IMG/VR virus record: IMGVR_UViG_3300002835_000070 | Span: 1 to 64,000 of that record | Strand: one strand, 5' to 3' | DNA: 64,000 nt | Source: a virus | Shown: positions 51,369 to 60,463 of the stretch, one piece after another | Layout: every line of letters starts with the position of its first letter | Position numbering within the stretch: the first letter of the stretch is position 1 | The notes under the pieces: model-generated | Seen by the model: only the letters and a program-made list of their open reading frames with translations | The model's database searches: none | Told to the model about the DNA's origin: nothing | Position numbers and translations under genes: made by a program

Positions 51369-51689
51369 ATGGAAACAGAAGTATCAGTAGCCCCCGTAGC
51401 ACCTGTACAAACAGTAGCACCTATTCAAACGTTAGCGCCATCGTCAGGTGGTGGCGATGACGTATTTGAAAATATGAGTTCACAAAAGCCAATGGATTTA
51501 AAAAGTTTACTTATATTTGGTCTTTTAATCGCATTTTCAATATACGGAATAACGTATTACAGAAAAGCGATTTCTAAATTGAACGAGGATAAGAAGCCAA
51601 ACGATGACTTTTTGAATTTAGTAGATGACGTAGAAGAAGTAAAATACAATGTTAAAAAAGCATTGGGTCAGAAATATTCAACGACTTAA
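51369..51689 (+). CDS. Single-TM protein
   Basis: LLIFGLLIAFSIYGITYY. Confidence 0.72.
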   Translation: METEVSVAPVAPVQTVAPIQTLAPSSGGGDDVFENMSSQKPMDLKSLLIFGLLIAFSIYGITYYRKAISKLNEDKKPNDDFLNLVDDVEEVKYNVKKALGQKYSTT

Positions 51690-51698
51690 TAATAGTTT

Positions 51699-51902
51699 AT
51701 GTCAGCAGTAGCAAAAAACGATAATTCAGCAGTTTTATTAGTAATACCTTTAGGTTTTGCTATTTACTCATATACTCAAAAGTACAGTTTTGGAAAAGGT
51801 GCTTTAGTAACTGTTTTAGGAACTTTAGCAGTAGGCGTTGCGGTTGGGATTTATTCCGTAGCTTCGTTAACTTCTAAATTAGTTGATAAAAGTTATAATT
51901 AA
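51699..51902 (+). CDS. Small two-TM protein
   Basis: Two hydrophobic segments. Confidence 0.7.
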   Translation: MSAVAKNDNSAVLLVIPLGFAIYSYTQKYSFGKGALVTVLGTLAVGVAVGIYSVASLTSKLVDKSYN

Positions 51903-51936
51903 AAAAGATTAAGCCAAGTATAACAACAAAAAAACA

Positions 51937-52119
51937 ATGGAAAAGAGTAAAGGTTTAGGCGATACCATTGAAAAAATTACTAAATTTACAGGAATTAAAG
52001 CCGTTGTAGATGCAGTAGTTGAAGACTGTGGTTGCGAAGCAAGAAAAGATTGGTTAAATGGCATAGTGCCTTATGACGGAAAAAACGTTCAAAGAATATT
52101 AAAGTTTTTTAAAAAATAA
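51937..52119 (+). CDS. Small phage protein (GLGDTIEK...DCGC motif)
   Basis: SKGLGDTIEKITKFTGIK...DCGCEARKDWLN. Confidence 0.7.
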   Translation: MEKSKGLGDTIEKITKFTGIKAVVDAVVEDCGCEARKDWLNGIVPYDGKNVQRILKFFKK

Positions 52120-52153
52120 AAATCAATTATAAATTAAATAAAAAAAAGAAATT

Positions 52154-52291
52154 ATGGCAAAAGCGGTAAACGGGTATTTCAAAGCAATGTTGGAAGCCAA
52201 AAAGAGTAATTCAGCATCTTTCGAGTACAATGGTAAAACTTATGTAGCTTCAAAGACAAAAACAGGTTTAACTGTTTATAAAGCAAAATAA
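52154..52291 (+). CDS. 45-aa basic protein (absent from the ORF track)
   Basis: MAKAVNGYFKAMLEAKKSNSASFEYNGKTYVASKTKTGLTVYKAK; A-rich leader. Confidence 0.65.
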   Translation: MAKAVNGYFKAMLEAKKSNSASFEYNGKTYVASKTKTGLTVYKAK

Positions 52292-52293
52292 TC

Positions 52294-52557
52294 GTGAATA
52301 CGAGAGATTTTCTTTTAGTAGGCACGGGTTTAGTTGTCGGGTTCTTTGTAAAAAGAACTTTAGACAACAGAAATGCACTTGCTTTGGCGGATAGAGTTGA
52401 TTCGCTTCCTGATGATACAAACTATGTATTTTCTCAAAAGTACAAAGATTGTGAGGCAATTGTAAGTCAAGATATGGCTCAATCAAGATACGCAGGAAAT
52501 GTTGATTTAGTTGCTATGAAAAAATCTTTAATTGACGACTGTATGAAAGCAGTATAA
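52294..52557 (+). CDS. N-anchored membrane protein (MNTRD family)
   Basis: TM helix plus DCEA...IDDC. Confidence 0.72.
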   Translation: MNTRDFLLVGTGLVVGFFVKRTLDNRNALALADRVDSLPDDTNYVFSQKYKDCEAIVSQDMAQSRYAGNVDLVAMKKSLIDDCMKAV

Positions 52558-52568
52558 AAATAAAAATT

Positions 52569-52883
52569 ATGAACACGAGAGATATAGTTTTATTTGGTGT
52601 AGGGGCATTTGCAGGATACCTATTGGTAGGCTATTTGAATAAAAACAAAGTAGCTTCAGGAGCAACCGATACAATGGGTTTACCTGATACCTCTTCTCAA
52701 ACAGTACCGCCTGAAACAATAGGTTCTACTGATTCAAATGGCGGAGAAACATTAGTTGACCCAAGATTGACTTTATGCGAGGAAAATTGGGGTAAATTTT
52801 CATCTACACAAAGATTTGGTTCAGCAGAACAAGCACAATCAGTACACGATAATTTTATTACAAGTTGTTTAGCTAAAGGATAA
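52569..52883 (+). CDS. N-anchored membrane protein (MNTRD family)
   Basis: TM helix plus LCEE...FITSC. Confidence 0.72.
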   Translation: MNTRDIVLFGVGAFAGYLLVGYLNKNKVASGATDTMGLPDTSSQTVPPETIGSTDSNGGETLVDPRLTLCEENWGKFSSTQRFGSAEQAQSVHDNFITSCLAKG

Positions 52884-52895
52884 TAAATTGTAACT

Positions 52896-53543
52896 ATGGA
52901 ATTTAACGATTTAACATACGGAAATCCAACTGTTGAGGATTTAGTTTACATTCAGGGAAATGGATTGACAGACGACCTTTTTGAAACATTAAAGTCCAAG
53001 TTGTCATATCCAAAAAATGATTCTGAATTAGTTAAGGACGAACTTAACGAAATTGTAGATGCTTTGGCAACAATGGCTCAACCTGAAAATCAAAACTATT
53101 TAAAAAGATACAAGTCTTACGATAGGAATTTAATTCAGTCGCTTTCAGCAATATTTAAACAAAGAAATATTGATGTTGAACAATTGTGTAAAGACGTAGT
53201 TATGGATATGCAAAATTTGATTTATAAATTAAAATTTTACTATCAAAGACCACGACCAAAGCAAATTGCGCAATATTACAAGTTGAAATTATTTCCATAC
53301 AAAAGTTTTTCAGCACACACGCCATCGTTCCCTTGCGGACATTGCGTACAAGCAATTGTAATGCTTAACGTAATAGGAAATAAAAACCCTACTGAATATC
53401 CGTTCTGTAAAGAACTAATTGAAGATATTGCATACAGTAGAGTATATTTAGGACATCATTTTCCAAGCGATAATGACGGAGCAAGAGAAATTGGTAAAGC
53501 GATTTTAAAACACCCTGAATTTGCGAAAAAATACGGCATATAA
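52896..53543 (+). CDS. PAP2/haloperoxidase-superfamily phosphatase
   Basis: KFYYQRPRP, PSFPCGH, SRVYLGHHFPSD. Confidence 0.88.
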   Translation: MEFNDLTYGNPTVEDLVYIQGNGLTDDLFETLKSKLSYPKNDSELVKDELNEIVDALATMAQPENQNYLKRYKSYDRNLIQSLSAIFKQRNIDVEQLCKDVVMDMQNLIYKLKFYYQRPRPKQIAQYYKLKLFPYKSFSAHTPSFPCGHCVQAIVMLNVIGNKNPTEYPFCKELIEDIAYSRVYLGHHFPSDNDGAREIGKAILKHPEFAKKYGI

Positions 53544-53591
53544 ATTTATTTGTACGCCTTAATAAAAACCAAGACTAAACTAACAACAATT

Positions 53592-53978
53592 ATGAAACAC
53601 GAGGAATATGAACTACAAAAATCAGTAGCCCGTTATTTATCTTACCAATATCCAGATGTTGAATATATGTCGGATACTATTGCCTCTGTAAAACTTACCG
53701 AAAGACAGGCAGGGCGAAACAAACTTGTTCAAAAGAACAATTTTAAATGTCCTGATATTTTGATATTTGAGCCACGCAATAACTTTTGTGGCTTGTTTAT
53801 AGAACTTAAAATTGAAACCCCTTTCAAGAAAGACGGTACAATTAAGGCTTCTCAAAAAGACCATTTGAAACTACAACACGAATGTTTACTTAAACTAACC
53901 TCAAAAGGTTATAAGGCGGTATTTTCTTGGAATTTTGATATGACAAAGCAAATTATTGACGAATACTTAAATCAATAG
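53592..53978 (+). CDS. VRR-NUC-like PD-(D/E)XK nuclease
   Basis: EYELQ...CPDILI...GLFIELK...Q...L...GY. Confidence 0.8.
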   Translation: MKHEEYELQKSVARYLSYQYPDVEYMSDTIASVKLTERQAGRNKLVQKNNFKCPDILIFEPRNNFCGLFIELKIETPFKKDGTIKASQKDHLKLQHECLLKLTSKGYKAVFSWNFDMTKQIIDEYLNQ

Positions 53979-53980
53979 CT

Positions 53981-54412
53981 ATGACTCAAGAAACTAACGA
54001 TGTATCAAAGGTATTAAAGGAGTTGGATAAAACCATTCAGGTAATAGGAACAGAAAAGCTAATTGAGATTCTAAAATACTCACGGCTTAATATGGCAAAC
54101 ATAAACGAGGAACAAATTAACAGGTCTTTAGAAATAATTAAAGTTGTTTGTGATGAATTTAATATTTCATTAGTTGAGTTCTTCGACAGAAAGCGTAAAA
54201 CCAATAGAAGAACTGCAATAGGCATTTGCGCCTATCTAATTCAAAAAGAATTAAATCTTGACAATTCAAACATATCATACATTTTGAAAAAACCTGACGA
54301 AGTAATATCTTTGTACAAACAAGAAATAATCAGATTGAACTCAAACCATCCTCAAGACATACAGGTATTGGAAAAAATAAAAATAATAAGTGAAACTATA
54401 AAATTACAATAA
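53981..54412 (+). CDS. DnaA C-terminal-like HTH protein
   Basis: IIKVVCDEFNIS...RKR...AIGICAYL...ISYIL. Confidence 0.6.
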   Translation: MTQETNDVSKVLKELDKTIQVIGTEKLIEILKYSRLNMANINEEQINRSLEIIKVVCDEFNISLVEFFDRKRKTNRRTAIGICAYLIQKELNLDNSNISYILKKPDEVISLYKQEIIRLNSNHPQDIQVLEKIKIISETIKLQ

Positions 54413-54415
54413 AAA

Positions 54416-55558
54416 ATGAGCAACCAAGAAAAACAAATAGAAGAAGTTTATGCAGAAGTAGTGCAAACAATTGATGATGATTTCTCTCCGTTAGATGCCC
54501 CCGTAAAACAGAGGGCATATACACAACACAAATTAGACGACAGTCAAGTAATGCAGGATTTGGAAGAACCAAGTTTTGAAAGACCAAGTTTTGCAGACCT
54601 TGATGGAAGTGCCGAAGAGGAATCATCAGAACCTGAAAGACCTTTTAACCCGTCTTATAATGAATTAGACGGTAAAGAAAAGACAATGGGGGCTGAAATG
54701 ATGGCTGAAATGACTTTGGACATTTACGAAAAGGGTTGTTTCTATATGGGTAAAATACCCGAAATCAGTGAGCAAAAATTAGATAAGTTAATTGCAGAGG
54801 GGGAAATAGACCCGTCAATCCAACTTCAAACAGAAGCGGGTTCAATGCCTATTAAAGATTTTGCAGTAGAGTTCAACGACAGTATTAAAGATGCTTTTGC
54901 GGTAACTGACGAATTTAAAGAAAAAGTAAAACCACCATTAATCCGTGTTTTCAAAAAACGTGGAATTGGAATGACCGATGAGCAATTATTGGCTTACTAC
55001 TTTATTTCAGATTTAGGAGCAAAAGGCGCACAAGCGTTTATGTTGCGTAAAACGGCTAATAGCATTTTGGATTCTTTGAGAGAAAACACTTTGGCAATTA
55101 GAGAAAATCAATTAAGAACAGAAAGACCAACTCCTCCACCTGCGCCACAACAATCGTATCAGGAAAGAACTGATTGGGATACTTCGTCAAAACCGAGAAA
55201 CGTAAATACTACCGATTCCGAACCAATAGATAGAGAGGACTTTGACTATTCCGAAAACATAGCAGAAGTTATACAAAAACCTGTTAAGAAAGAAAAACTT
55301 GAAAAACCTGTAAGAAGAAAGCCTCAAACTAATTTAGAAGAGCAATTAGCTTATTTTGAGCCTGAAGAACAAGAAGTTTTTAGTAACTTAAAAGATAAAG
55401 ACGGTTTTACAGATAGATTTCAAGACGTAGCAGGTATGCCTCAATATGGCGACCCTGTAATGATGTCAGAATTAGAGAAGTTGAGTAAGAAAGACCCAAC
55501 TAAACCTGTTAGAAAAGTAAGAACAACTGCTTTAAGAAAACCAAGAAATAAAAAATAA
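54416..55558 (+). CDS. Hypothetical protein upstream of the packaging ATPase
   Basis: 380 aa with acidic and Pro-rich flanks. Confidence 0.7.
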   Translation: MSNQEKQIEEVYAEVVQTIDDDFSPLDAPVKQRAYTQHKLDDSQVMQDLEEPSFERPSFADLDGSAEEESSEPERPFNPSYNELDGKEKTMGAEMMAEMTLDIYEKGCFYMGKIPEISEQKLDKLIAEGEIDPSIQLQTEAGSMPIKDFAVEFNDSIKDAFAVTDEFKEKVKPPLIRVFKKRGIGMTDEQLLAYYFISDLGAKGAQAFMLRKTANSILDSLRENTLAIRENQLRTERPTPPPAPQQSYQERTDWDTSSKPRNVNTTDSEPIDREDFDYSENIAEVIQKPVKKEKLEKPVRRKPQTNLEEQLAYFEPEEQEVFSNLKDKDGFTDRFQDVAGMPQYGDPVMMSELEKLSKKDPTKPVRKVRTTALRKPRNKK

Positions 55559-55560
55559 TT

Positions 55561-55677
55561 ATGGCAAGTAATATAGCGAATAATAAAAACAACAATAACA
55601 ATCCTATATGGGTTGTTATGTTGTTATTCGTAATTTGGCTTATATTAATTTTTTTAAGACTTAAACAAACTTTATAA
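55561..55677 (+). CDS. 38-aa TM protein (absent from the ORF track)
   Basis: MASNIANNKNNNNNPIWVVMLLFVIWLILIFLRLKQTL; ends 1 nt before the ATPase start. Confidence 0.6.
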   Translation: MASNIANNKNNNNNPIWVVMLLFVIWLILIFLRLKQTL

Positions 55678-55678
55678 T

Positions 55679-56503
55679 ATGGAAGAAAGAGAACCGAAAT
55701 TATTAGTTGCAGTTGGACGTAAAGGGTGCGGTAAAACTTTTTCAACAAGAAAAATGCTTACAAGTTATGTTCAAGGCAATATTTCAAAAGGTATTGCCCC
55801 AAGAAGAGTTTTAATATTTGATGTAAATGATGAGTTTGAGGACATAAAAGCATTGGCTTTAAAAGATGTGGCTTTATTTTCTATGCACCCAAAAATAGAG
55901 ATAAGAAGAATTAGACCATTCAACAAGGACGGAAGACCTATGGGTATTAATGAAATGCAAGAAACATTATTTAAAATAGTTAATAATTTTAGAGGAGGAA
56001 TGCTTTTGTTAGAGGATTTAAACGGTTACGTTGGGGATTATATCCCACAGGATTTAATAGGTAAAATAGTAAGAGCAAGACACGCAGATTTGGACATAAT
56101 TACGCATTTTCAATCAATAGGAAGAATATCGCCTAAAATTTGGCAGAACGTCAACGCTATTCGTTTTCACAAAAATACAGATTCAGTTTTAAAACATTCC
56201 AAGAAATTTGATAATTTTTCAGAAATGTTTTTATTAGTGGAGGCTTATGTAAATTCCGAGTATCATTTAGGAAATGAAAGAATACAAGTTTGGGTTGATA
56301 CAGAAAACGAAAAAATTAAAATACCAAAAGAAAATATAGCTAAATTTGAAAAAATTGTAGAATTGTACTTAATGGAAAACCATAAAAGAATACTTTCCCC
56401 TTTATTAAATAAAAATATTTTCTTTAAAAATAATAAACCATTAACAATGCAAGAAGTTTTAAAAATAAAAAAAGCAGAAATGTTAAAATATTATTTAGAT
56501 TAA
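55679..56503 (+). CDS. A32/P9-like FtsK-HerA genome packaging ATPase
   Basis: Walker A GRKGCGKT, LIFD, Walker B LLLED, arginine-finger motif RARH, then hhhxQ. Confidence 0.78.
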   Translation: MEEREPKLLVAVGRKGCGKTFSTRKMLTSYVQGNISKGIAPRRVLIFDVNDEFEDIKALALKDVALFSMHPKIEIRRIRPFNKDGRPMGINEMQETLFKIVNNFRGGMLLLEDLNGYVGDYIPQDLIGKIVRARHADLDIITHFQSIGRISPKIWQNVNAIRFHKNTDSVLKHSKKFDNFSEMFLLVEAYVNSEYHLGNERIQVWVDTENEKIKIPKENIAKFEKIVELYLMENHKRILSPLLNKNIFFKNNKPLTMQEVLKIKKAEMLKYYLD

Positions 56504-56517
56504 AAATAAATATTTTT

Positions 56518-57111
56518 TTATAAATATTTATTTGTAATTCCGTTTTGTTTTTCAAAATCAACTCTTTTTTGGTAAGCCTCCTCTTCAGTTTTAAACATTC
56601 CGAACCGAACAGATTTTCCATTAAACTGAATTGAACTTCTCCATTTATTATCTCTTTTAAAATATGAAACGCCAATATATTTACTTGTGCAGTTTGAATT
56701 TTTAACCCTATGACAGCTATTTTCCCTATTGTTTACCCATTCTAAATTTGAAATTTTATTATTAAGTTTATTTCCGTCAATATGGTTTACTTGCGGATTA
56801 TTTTTTGGGTTATTAATAAACGAAATAGCAATCAGCCTATGTATTTTTTTTGTAATTTCAAGTGCATTTTTACAAAAACCTACTTCCCAATAACCCCTTT
56901 TACTTATATGTGGTTTTTTTATTAATACCTTATAAATGCACTTTTTCCCACTTATAATAAGTGTTTTCTCTAAAGATTTTACTCTTCCAAGATTCGATAT
57001 TTGATAATACCCCTCGTAATCAGGAACATCTTTCCATTCTTCAACACGAGTAACACCATTATCATCTATATAGACAATATCTTCTAAACTTAAATCTTTG
57101 TAGTAATCCAT
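56518..57111 (-). CDS. NUMOD4-HNH-AP2 homing endonuclease
   Basis: EEWKDVPDYEGYYQISNLGRVKS, HRLIA, VNHIDGNKLNN, SKYIGVS...KWRSSI. Confidence 0.93.
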   Translation of the reverse strand: MDYYKDLSLEDIVYIDDNGVTRVEEWKDVPDYEGYYQISNLGRVKSLEKTLIISGKKCIYKVLIKKPHISKRGYWEVGFCKNALEITKKIHRLIAISFINNPKNNPQVNHIDGNKLNNKISNLEWVNNRENSCHRVKNSNCTSKYIGVSYFKRDNKWRSSIQFNGKSVRFGMFKTEEEAYQKRVDFEKQNGITNKYL

Positions 57112-57113
57112 AA

Positions 57114-57210
57114 AATAAAAAACCCATAAATCAATAGGTCGAAGTCTATATCATTATGGGAATTTAATTATTTTTTTTATTTCGGCTTCGACTCCGACAG
57201 TACAAATATA
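57114..57210 (-). promoter_or_regulatory. Promoter plus structured leader of the NUMOD4-HNH gene
   Basis: TATATTTG on the minus strand (57203-57210); crossing stems 57184-57192/57138-57146 and 57154-57160/57123-57129, then a U tract. Confidence 0.6.
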
Positions 57211-57362
57211 ACTAATGTATTTTGACCAAAATAAAAATTAAGTATTTTTTATGAAAAATAAAATTATTCTTTGTAAAATTCTTTTCACTACCTTTGACAG
57301 ATGCTATAAAATAGCTTAAACCAAGAAACTTTAATAACAAATAAATCAATAAAATTAAAGTT

Positions 57363-57605
57363 ATGAAAAAAAGTAGATTTAGTAAGTTATGTCTAAAAGA
57401 CCTTTCACGGGGTGTGATAATGACAGTAGGTACAACTTTTGTAGGGTTGTGTAGCACAAGTGTAGTTTCGGGAATATTTCCTGCGGTTGCAGATTTTATT
57501 AATATGGGTAAGGTAGGTTTGCTTTCAGGAGCAGTTTATTTAGTTAAAAACTTCCTTACAAACTCAAAAGGCGAATTTTTAAAACAAGAAGAAGATGTCG
57601 TATAG
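57363..57605 (+). CDS. Putative holin
   Basis: Two hydrophobic segments, YLVKNFLTNSKG tail, overlaps the endolysin start. Confidence 0.65.
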   Translation: MKKSRFSKLCLKDLSRGVIMTVGTTFVGLCSTSVVSGIFPAVADFINMGKVGLLSGAVYLVKNFLTNSKGEFLKQEEDVV

Positions 57606-58122
57606 TTATTTAAGCAAAGAGGCTTCGCCTCAAATTTTAGTTCAAGCAAAATCCCTTTTAGGAACTAAAGAAATTGTAGGCGTTATTCATAATAAAACTA
57701 TTATGAGTTGGGCTAAAGGTTTAGGTCTTGAAAAAATATATACCTCTGACGAAATCGCTTGGTGCGGTTTATTTATGTCAGAAGTTTGTAAAAAAGCGGG
57801 GGTAGAAACCAACTTAACCCCTAAAGATTCATTGTGGGCTTTAAATTGGAGTAAATTTGGAACAAAGCAATCAGTAGCGATGCTTGGGGATATTCTTACT
57901 TTTAAAAGAAACGGAGGCGGACACGTTGGTATTTATGTTGGGGAAGACGATACTTGCTATCATATTCTTGGGGGAAACCAATCTAATATGGTTTGCGTTA
58001 CTCGAATTGAAAAATCAAGAGTTAACAGTATTAGACGTACAAGTTGGAAGTCAAAACAACCAAGTAATGTAAGGGTAATAAAACTCGAAAGTAACGGTAT
58101 AATTTCTAAAGACGAGAGTTAA
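57595..58122 (+). CDS. NlpC/P60-CHAP-type cell wall hydrolase (TIGR02594-like endolysin)
   Basis: DEIAWCGLF, GDILTFKRNGGGHVG, ILGGNQSN. Confidence 0.88.
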   Translation: MSYSYLSKEASPQILVQAKSLLGTKEIVGVIHNKTIMSWAKGLGLEKIYTSDEIAWCGLFMSEVCKKAGVETNLTPKDSLWALNWSKFGTKQSVAMLGDILTFKRNGGGHVGIYVGEDDTCYHILGGNQSNMVCVTRIEKSRVNSIRRTSWKSKQPSNVRVIKLESNGIISKDES

Positions 58123-58123
58123 T

Positions 58124-58513
58124 ATGGAAAATTTAAAAAATGTTTTATCAAACAAACTAAACCTGCTTATACTTTTGGTAGCAATTATTTTTTGCTTCCA
58201 AGTTTTTAGTTTATTTAGTAACGGTAATGAAACCCAAAAAATCAACTACATCAAAGATGAAATATCTGATTTAAAAACAGGGGTAAAGGTTATTTACGAT
58301 TCATACGAAAGAATGGATAAAAAAATTGAAACTTTCAATACGAAAATAAATAACATTGACAATCAAGTAAAAATAAATAATACTAAAATAGATAATCTAA
58401 AAAAAGATGAAAAAACTAAAATTGATAATTTCAAGTCTTATGATGCTCGTATGTATGAGCGTTATTTCACAGAACGCTATGCAAAAAAGCCAAGTACCGC
58501 TACAATCAAATAA
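58124..58513 (+). CDS. Spanin-like protein (N-terminal TM plus coiled coil)
   Basis: Follows the endolysin; overlaps the next gene. Confidence 0.55.
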   Translation: MENLKNVLSNKLNLLILLVAIIFCFQVFSLFSNGNETQKINYIKDEISDLKTGVKVIYDSYERMDKKIETFNTKINNIDNQVKINNTKIDNLKKDEKTKIDNFKSYDARMYERYFTERYAKKPSTATIK

Positions 58514-58844
58514 AGTAGTAATAGATACTTCCATAGCAAGGAAAATAGCAACAGACCTTGTAAGAGGAGATTTCTGTAAAGCAGAAATAAAGTTAGTCAG
58601 AAGCAATTTAGACTTAACGAAGAAACAAGTAGTACTAAAAGACAGTATCATAAAGACTTTAGGAACTCAAAAGGAAGAACTTAATTTGATTATTTCAAAA
58701 AAAGATGAAATGTTTTCCAAACAAGAGGAAATATCGAATAGTTATAAAAAAGAATTGTCAAAACAAAAGGGAACAACGTTCCTTTATAAGTTACTATCCC
58801 TGTTAGGTGTTGTTTCTACCTCACTACTCATAATAAAACCATAA
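58407..58844 (+). CDS. Spanin-like protein (signal peptide, coiled coil, C-terminal TM)
   Basis: Overlapping reading frame in the lysis cassette. Confidence 0.55.
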   Translation: MKKLKLIISSLMMLVCMSVISQNAMQKSQVPLQSNKVVIDTSIARKIATDLVRGDFCKAEIKLVRSNLDLTKKQVVLKDSIIKTLGTQKEELNLIISKKDEMFSKQEEISNSYKKELSKQKGTTFLYKLLSLLGVVSTSLLIIKP

Positions 58845-58847
58845 CAC

Positions 58848-58877
58848 AAAGCGCACCAATACGGTGCGTTTTTTTTT
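58848..58877 (+). terminator. Intrinsic terminator after the lysis cassette
   Basis: GCGCACC-AATAC-GGTGCGT plus T tract. Confidence 0.88.
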
Positions 58878-59046
58878 GCTCATTACCTTTACGTTGAGAA
58901 TAATTAAATAGTTTGTGAATTATTATTTAATGATAAAGTAGGCGTTAAATAAATTTGATGTGCTATTATGCTATAAATTTGGCTTTGATATTATTTCTGT
59001 AAATTAATATCATTAAAAATAAGTTTAACAAAAAAATCATTCTGAA

Positions 59047-59178
59047 ATGAAAAACGAAATTGTTCCTTTATTGAAAAGCGTTGCCGTTGTAGTTGTAGGT
59101 GTGTTAGTTGCTAACTATGTTCAAAAAACATTGTTGACTAAAGCAGTTGTCGCTCCCGCTTCTTCTTCAGCAGTATAA
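59047..59178 (+). CDS. 43-aa TM protein immediately upstream of the capsid gene (absent from the ORF track)
   Basis: MKNEIVPLLKSVAVVVVGVLVANYVQKTLL...; TAAATTTG promoter-like elements at 58950 and 58974. Confidence 0.7.
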   Translation: MKNEIVPLLKSVAVVVVGVLVANYVQKTLLTKAVVAPASSSAV

Positions 59179-59232
59179 TTAGGTGTCAAAACCGAGTAAA
59201 AAAATTAGTAAATAATATTAAATTAAATTAAA

Positions 59233-59928
59233 ATGTCAAACGTAAGAAGATATTTAAGCAATGCACGTCAAAGTGCAATGGAATCTTTCTCAAATGCTGA
59301 CGGATTCATCGACCAAGACCTGTCATTCACAGGAGATGATTTCTTTAGAGCAGACGGAGGAATGGGGCAACAAGATATTCAAACATCTCAACCCTACATT
59401 ATCAACGTTACTTCTACATCAGGAGCAGCGATTGCTAACTTTGCTATATTAGGTTCATACCAATATATCAATAACACAGGATTCGTTAACGGTTCGTTAA
59501 CAATCGGTCCAGTGACTGTGAGTTCAGGTATTCCTGACATCACTTACCAAGAAATGTTATACCAATTTATGAATAATCCTTATTCTGTTGGTTTAACTTA
59601 CATCCAATCGGCTACTACTAACCAAGTTCTACAAACTTTGTCAGTAAACACGAGAGATGCGAATGGTAACTTGGCACAAAAAACTTTAGTGCCTACAATT
59701 GACCCATATCAGCAACAAACGAATATCGTTGCAATGAAGTATGCTTACCGTATTGATGGTTTCACAAAAATCATCATTGCTCAAATTTTAGCAACTGCTA
59801 CATTGTCATTATACTTCTATCCTGCTGATAACATCAACCTTGCAAGAGCATTGGGTGGTCAACCTGTAAGCAGACAATTCGGAACACCTCCTGTAACTAA
59901 TGGACAAACCATCAAGTTAAGAGCGTAA
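59233..59928 (+). CDS. Candidate major capsid protein (single vertical jelly-roll-like)
   Basis: About 150-aa beta-strand-rich core; apparent enrichment in TTC/ATC/AAC codons; own terminator; near the A32-like ATPase and among TM proteins. The fold is inferred. Confidence 0.7.
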   Translation: MSNVRRYLSNARQSAMESFSNADGFIDQDLSFTGDDFFRADGGMGQQDIQTSQPYIINVTSTSGAAIANFAILGSYQYINNTGFVNGSLTIGPVTVSSGIPDITYQEMLYQFMNNPYSVGLTYIQSATTNQVLQTLSVNTRDANGNLAQKTLVPTIDPYQQQTNIVAMKYAYRIDGFTKIIIAQILATATLSLYFYPADNINLARALGGQPVSRQFGTPPVTNGQTIKLRA

Positions 59929-59966
59929 TTATCAGTGATGATATAACGAATTAATGTATAATTTAG

Positions 59967-60006
59967 AAAAAGAGCAAGTTTGATTTATTTCTACTTGCTC
60001 TTTTTT
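59967..60006 (+). terminator. Intrinsic terminator after the capsid gene
   Basis: AAAAAGAGCAAGT...ACTTGCTCTTTTTT. Confidence 0.85.
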
Positions 60007-60023
60007 GCTTAAAACAAATAACT

Positions 60024-60461
60024 ATGAACGTATATGAATATGTTGCGGATTCAAATCCAAGAGTAGCAGAACAAATAATGAACTCATTTAATTATGATGT
60101 CGTTAATTCTGCTGATATGGGATTGAGCCAATTAGTTGACAAGGTCGGAGAACCTGCTTTGCAAAAAGTAATGGAAAACCACCCTGATAAAGAAATTATT
60201 TTAGAGATGTTCTCTAAAAAAGAGGATAGTAAGGATAGTACTTGCGGTTGCGATAGTTGTAGATACAGAAATCGAAATGGCAATGAAAATTTGAATTATC
60301 TTAATATGACAGGCAGTGGGAATGTTTCTCCTACTAATGTTCCAAATACAACTGCTACTGATTCTACTTCAAATACTCATTTATTGGCAAACCAAACAAA
60401 TGTCATTTTAGTAGTATCTGCATTATTCATAGCAACTGCATTAATTTTAAAAAATAAATAA
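60024..60461 (+). CDS. Putative virion membrane protein (C-terminal TM)
   Basis: HPDKE.I, CGCDSC, YLNMTG, C-terminal hydrophobic helix. Confidence 0.72.
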   Translation: MNVYEYVADSNPRVAEQIMNSFNYDVVNSADMGLSQLVDKVGEPALQKVMENHPDKEIILEMFSKKEDSKDSTCGCDSCRYRNRNGNENLNYLNMTGSGNVSPTNVPNTTATDSTSNTHLLANQTNVILVVSALFIATALILKNK

Positions 60462-60463
60462 AA

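Noticed and set aside
57595-58122. This Cys-His enzyme as the GG-processing protease
   Set aside because: Its motifs and holin/spanin context indicate a peptidoglycan hydrolase.
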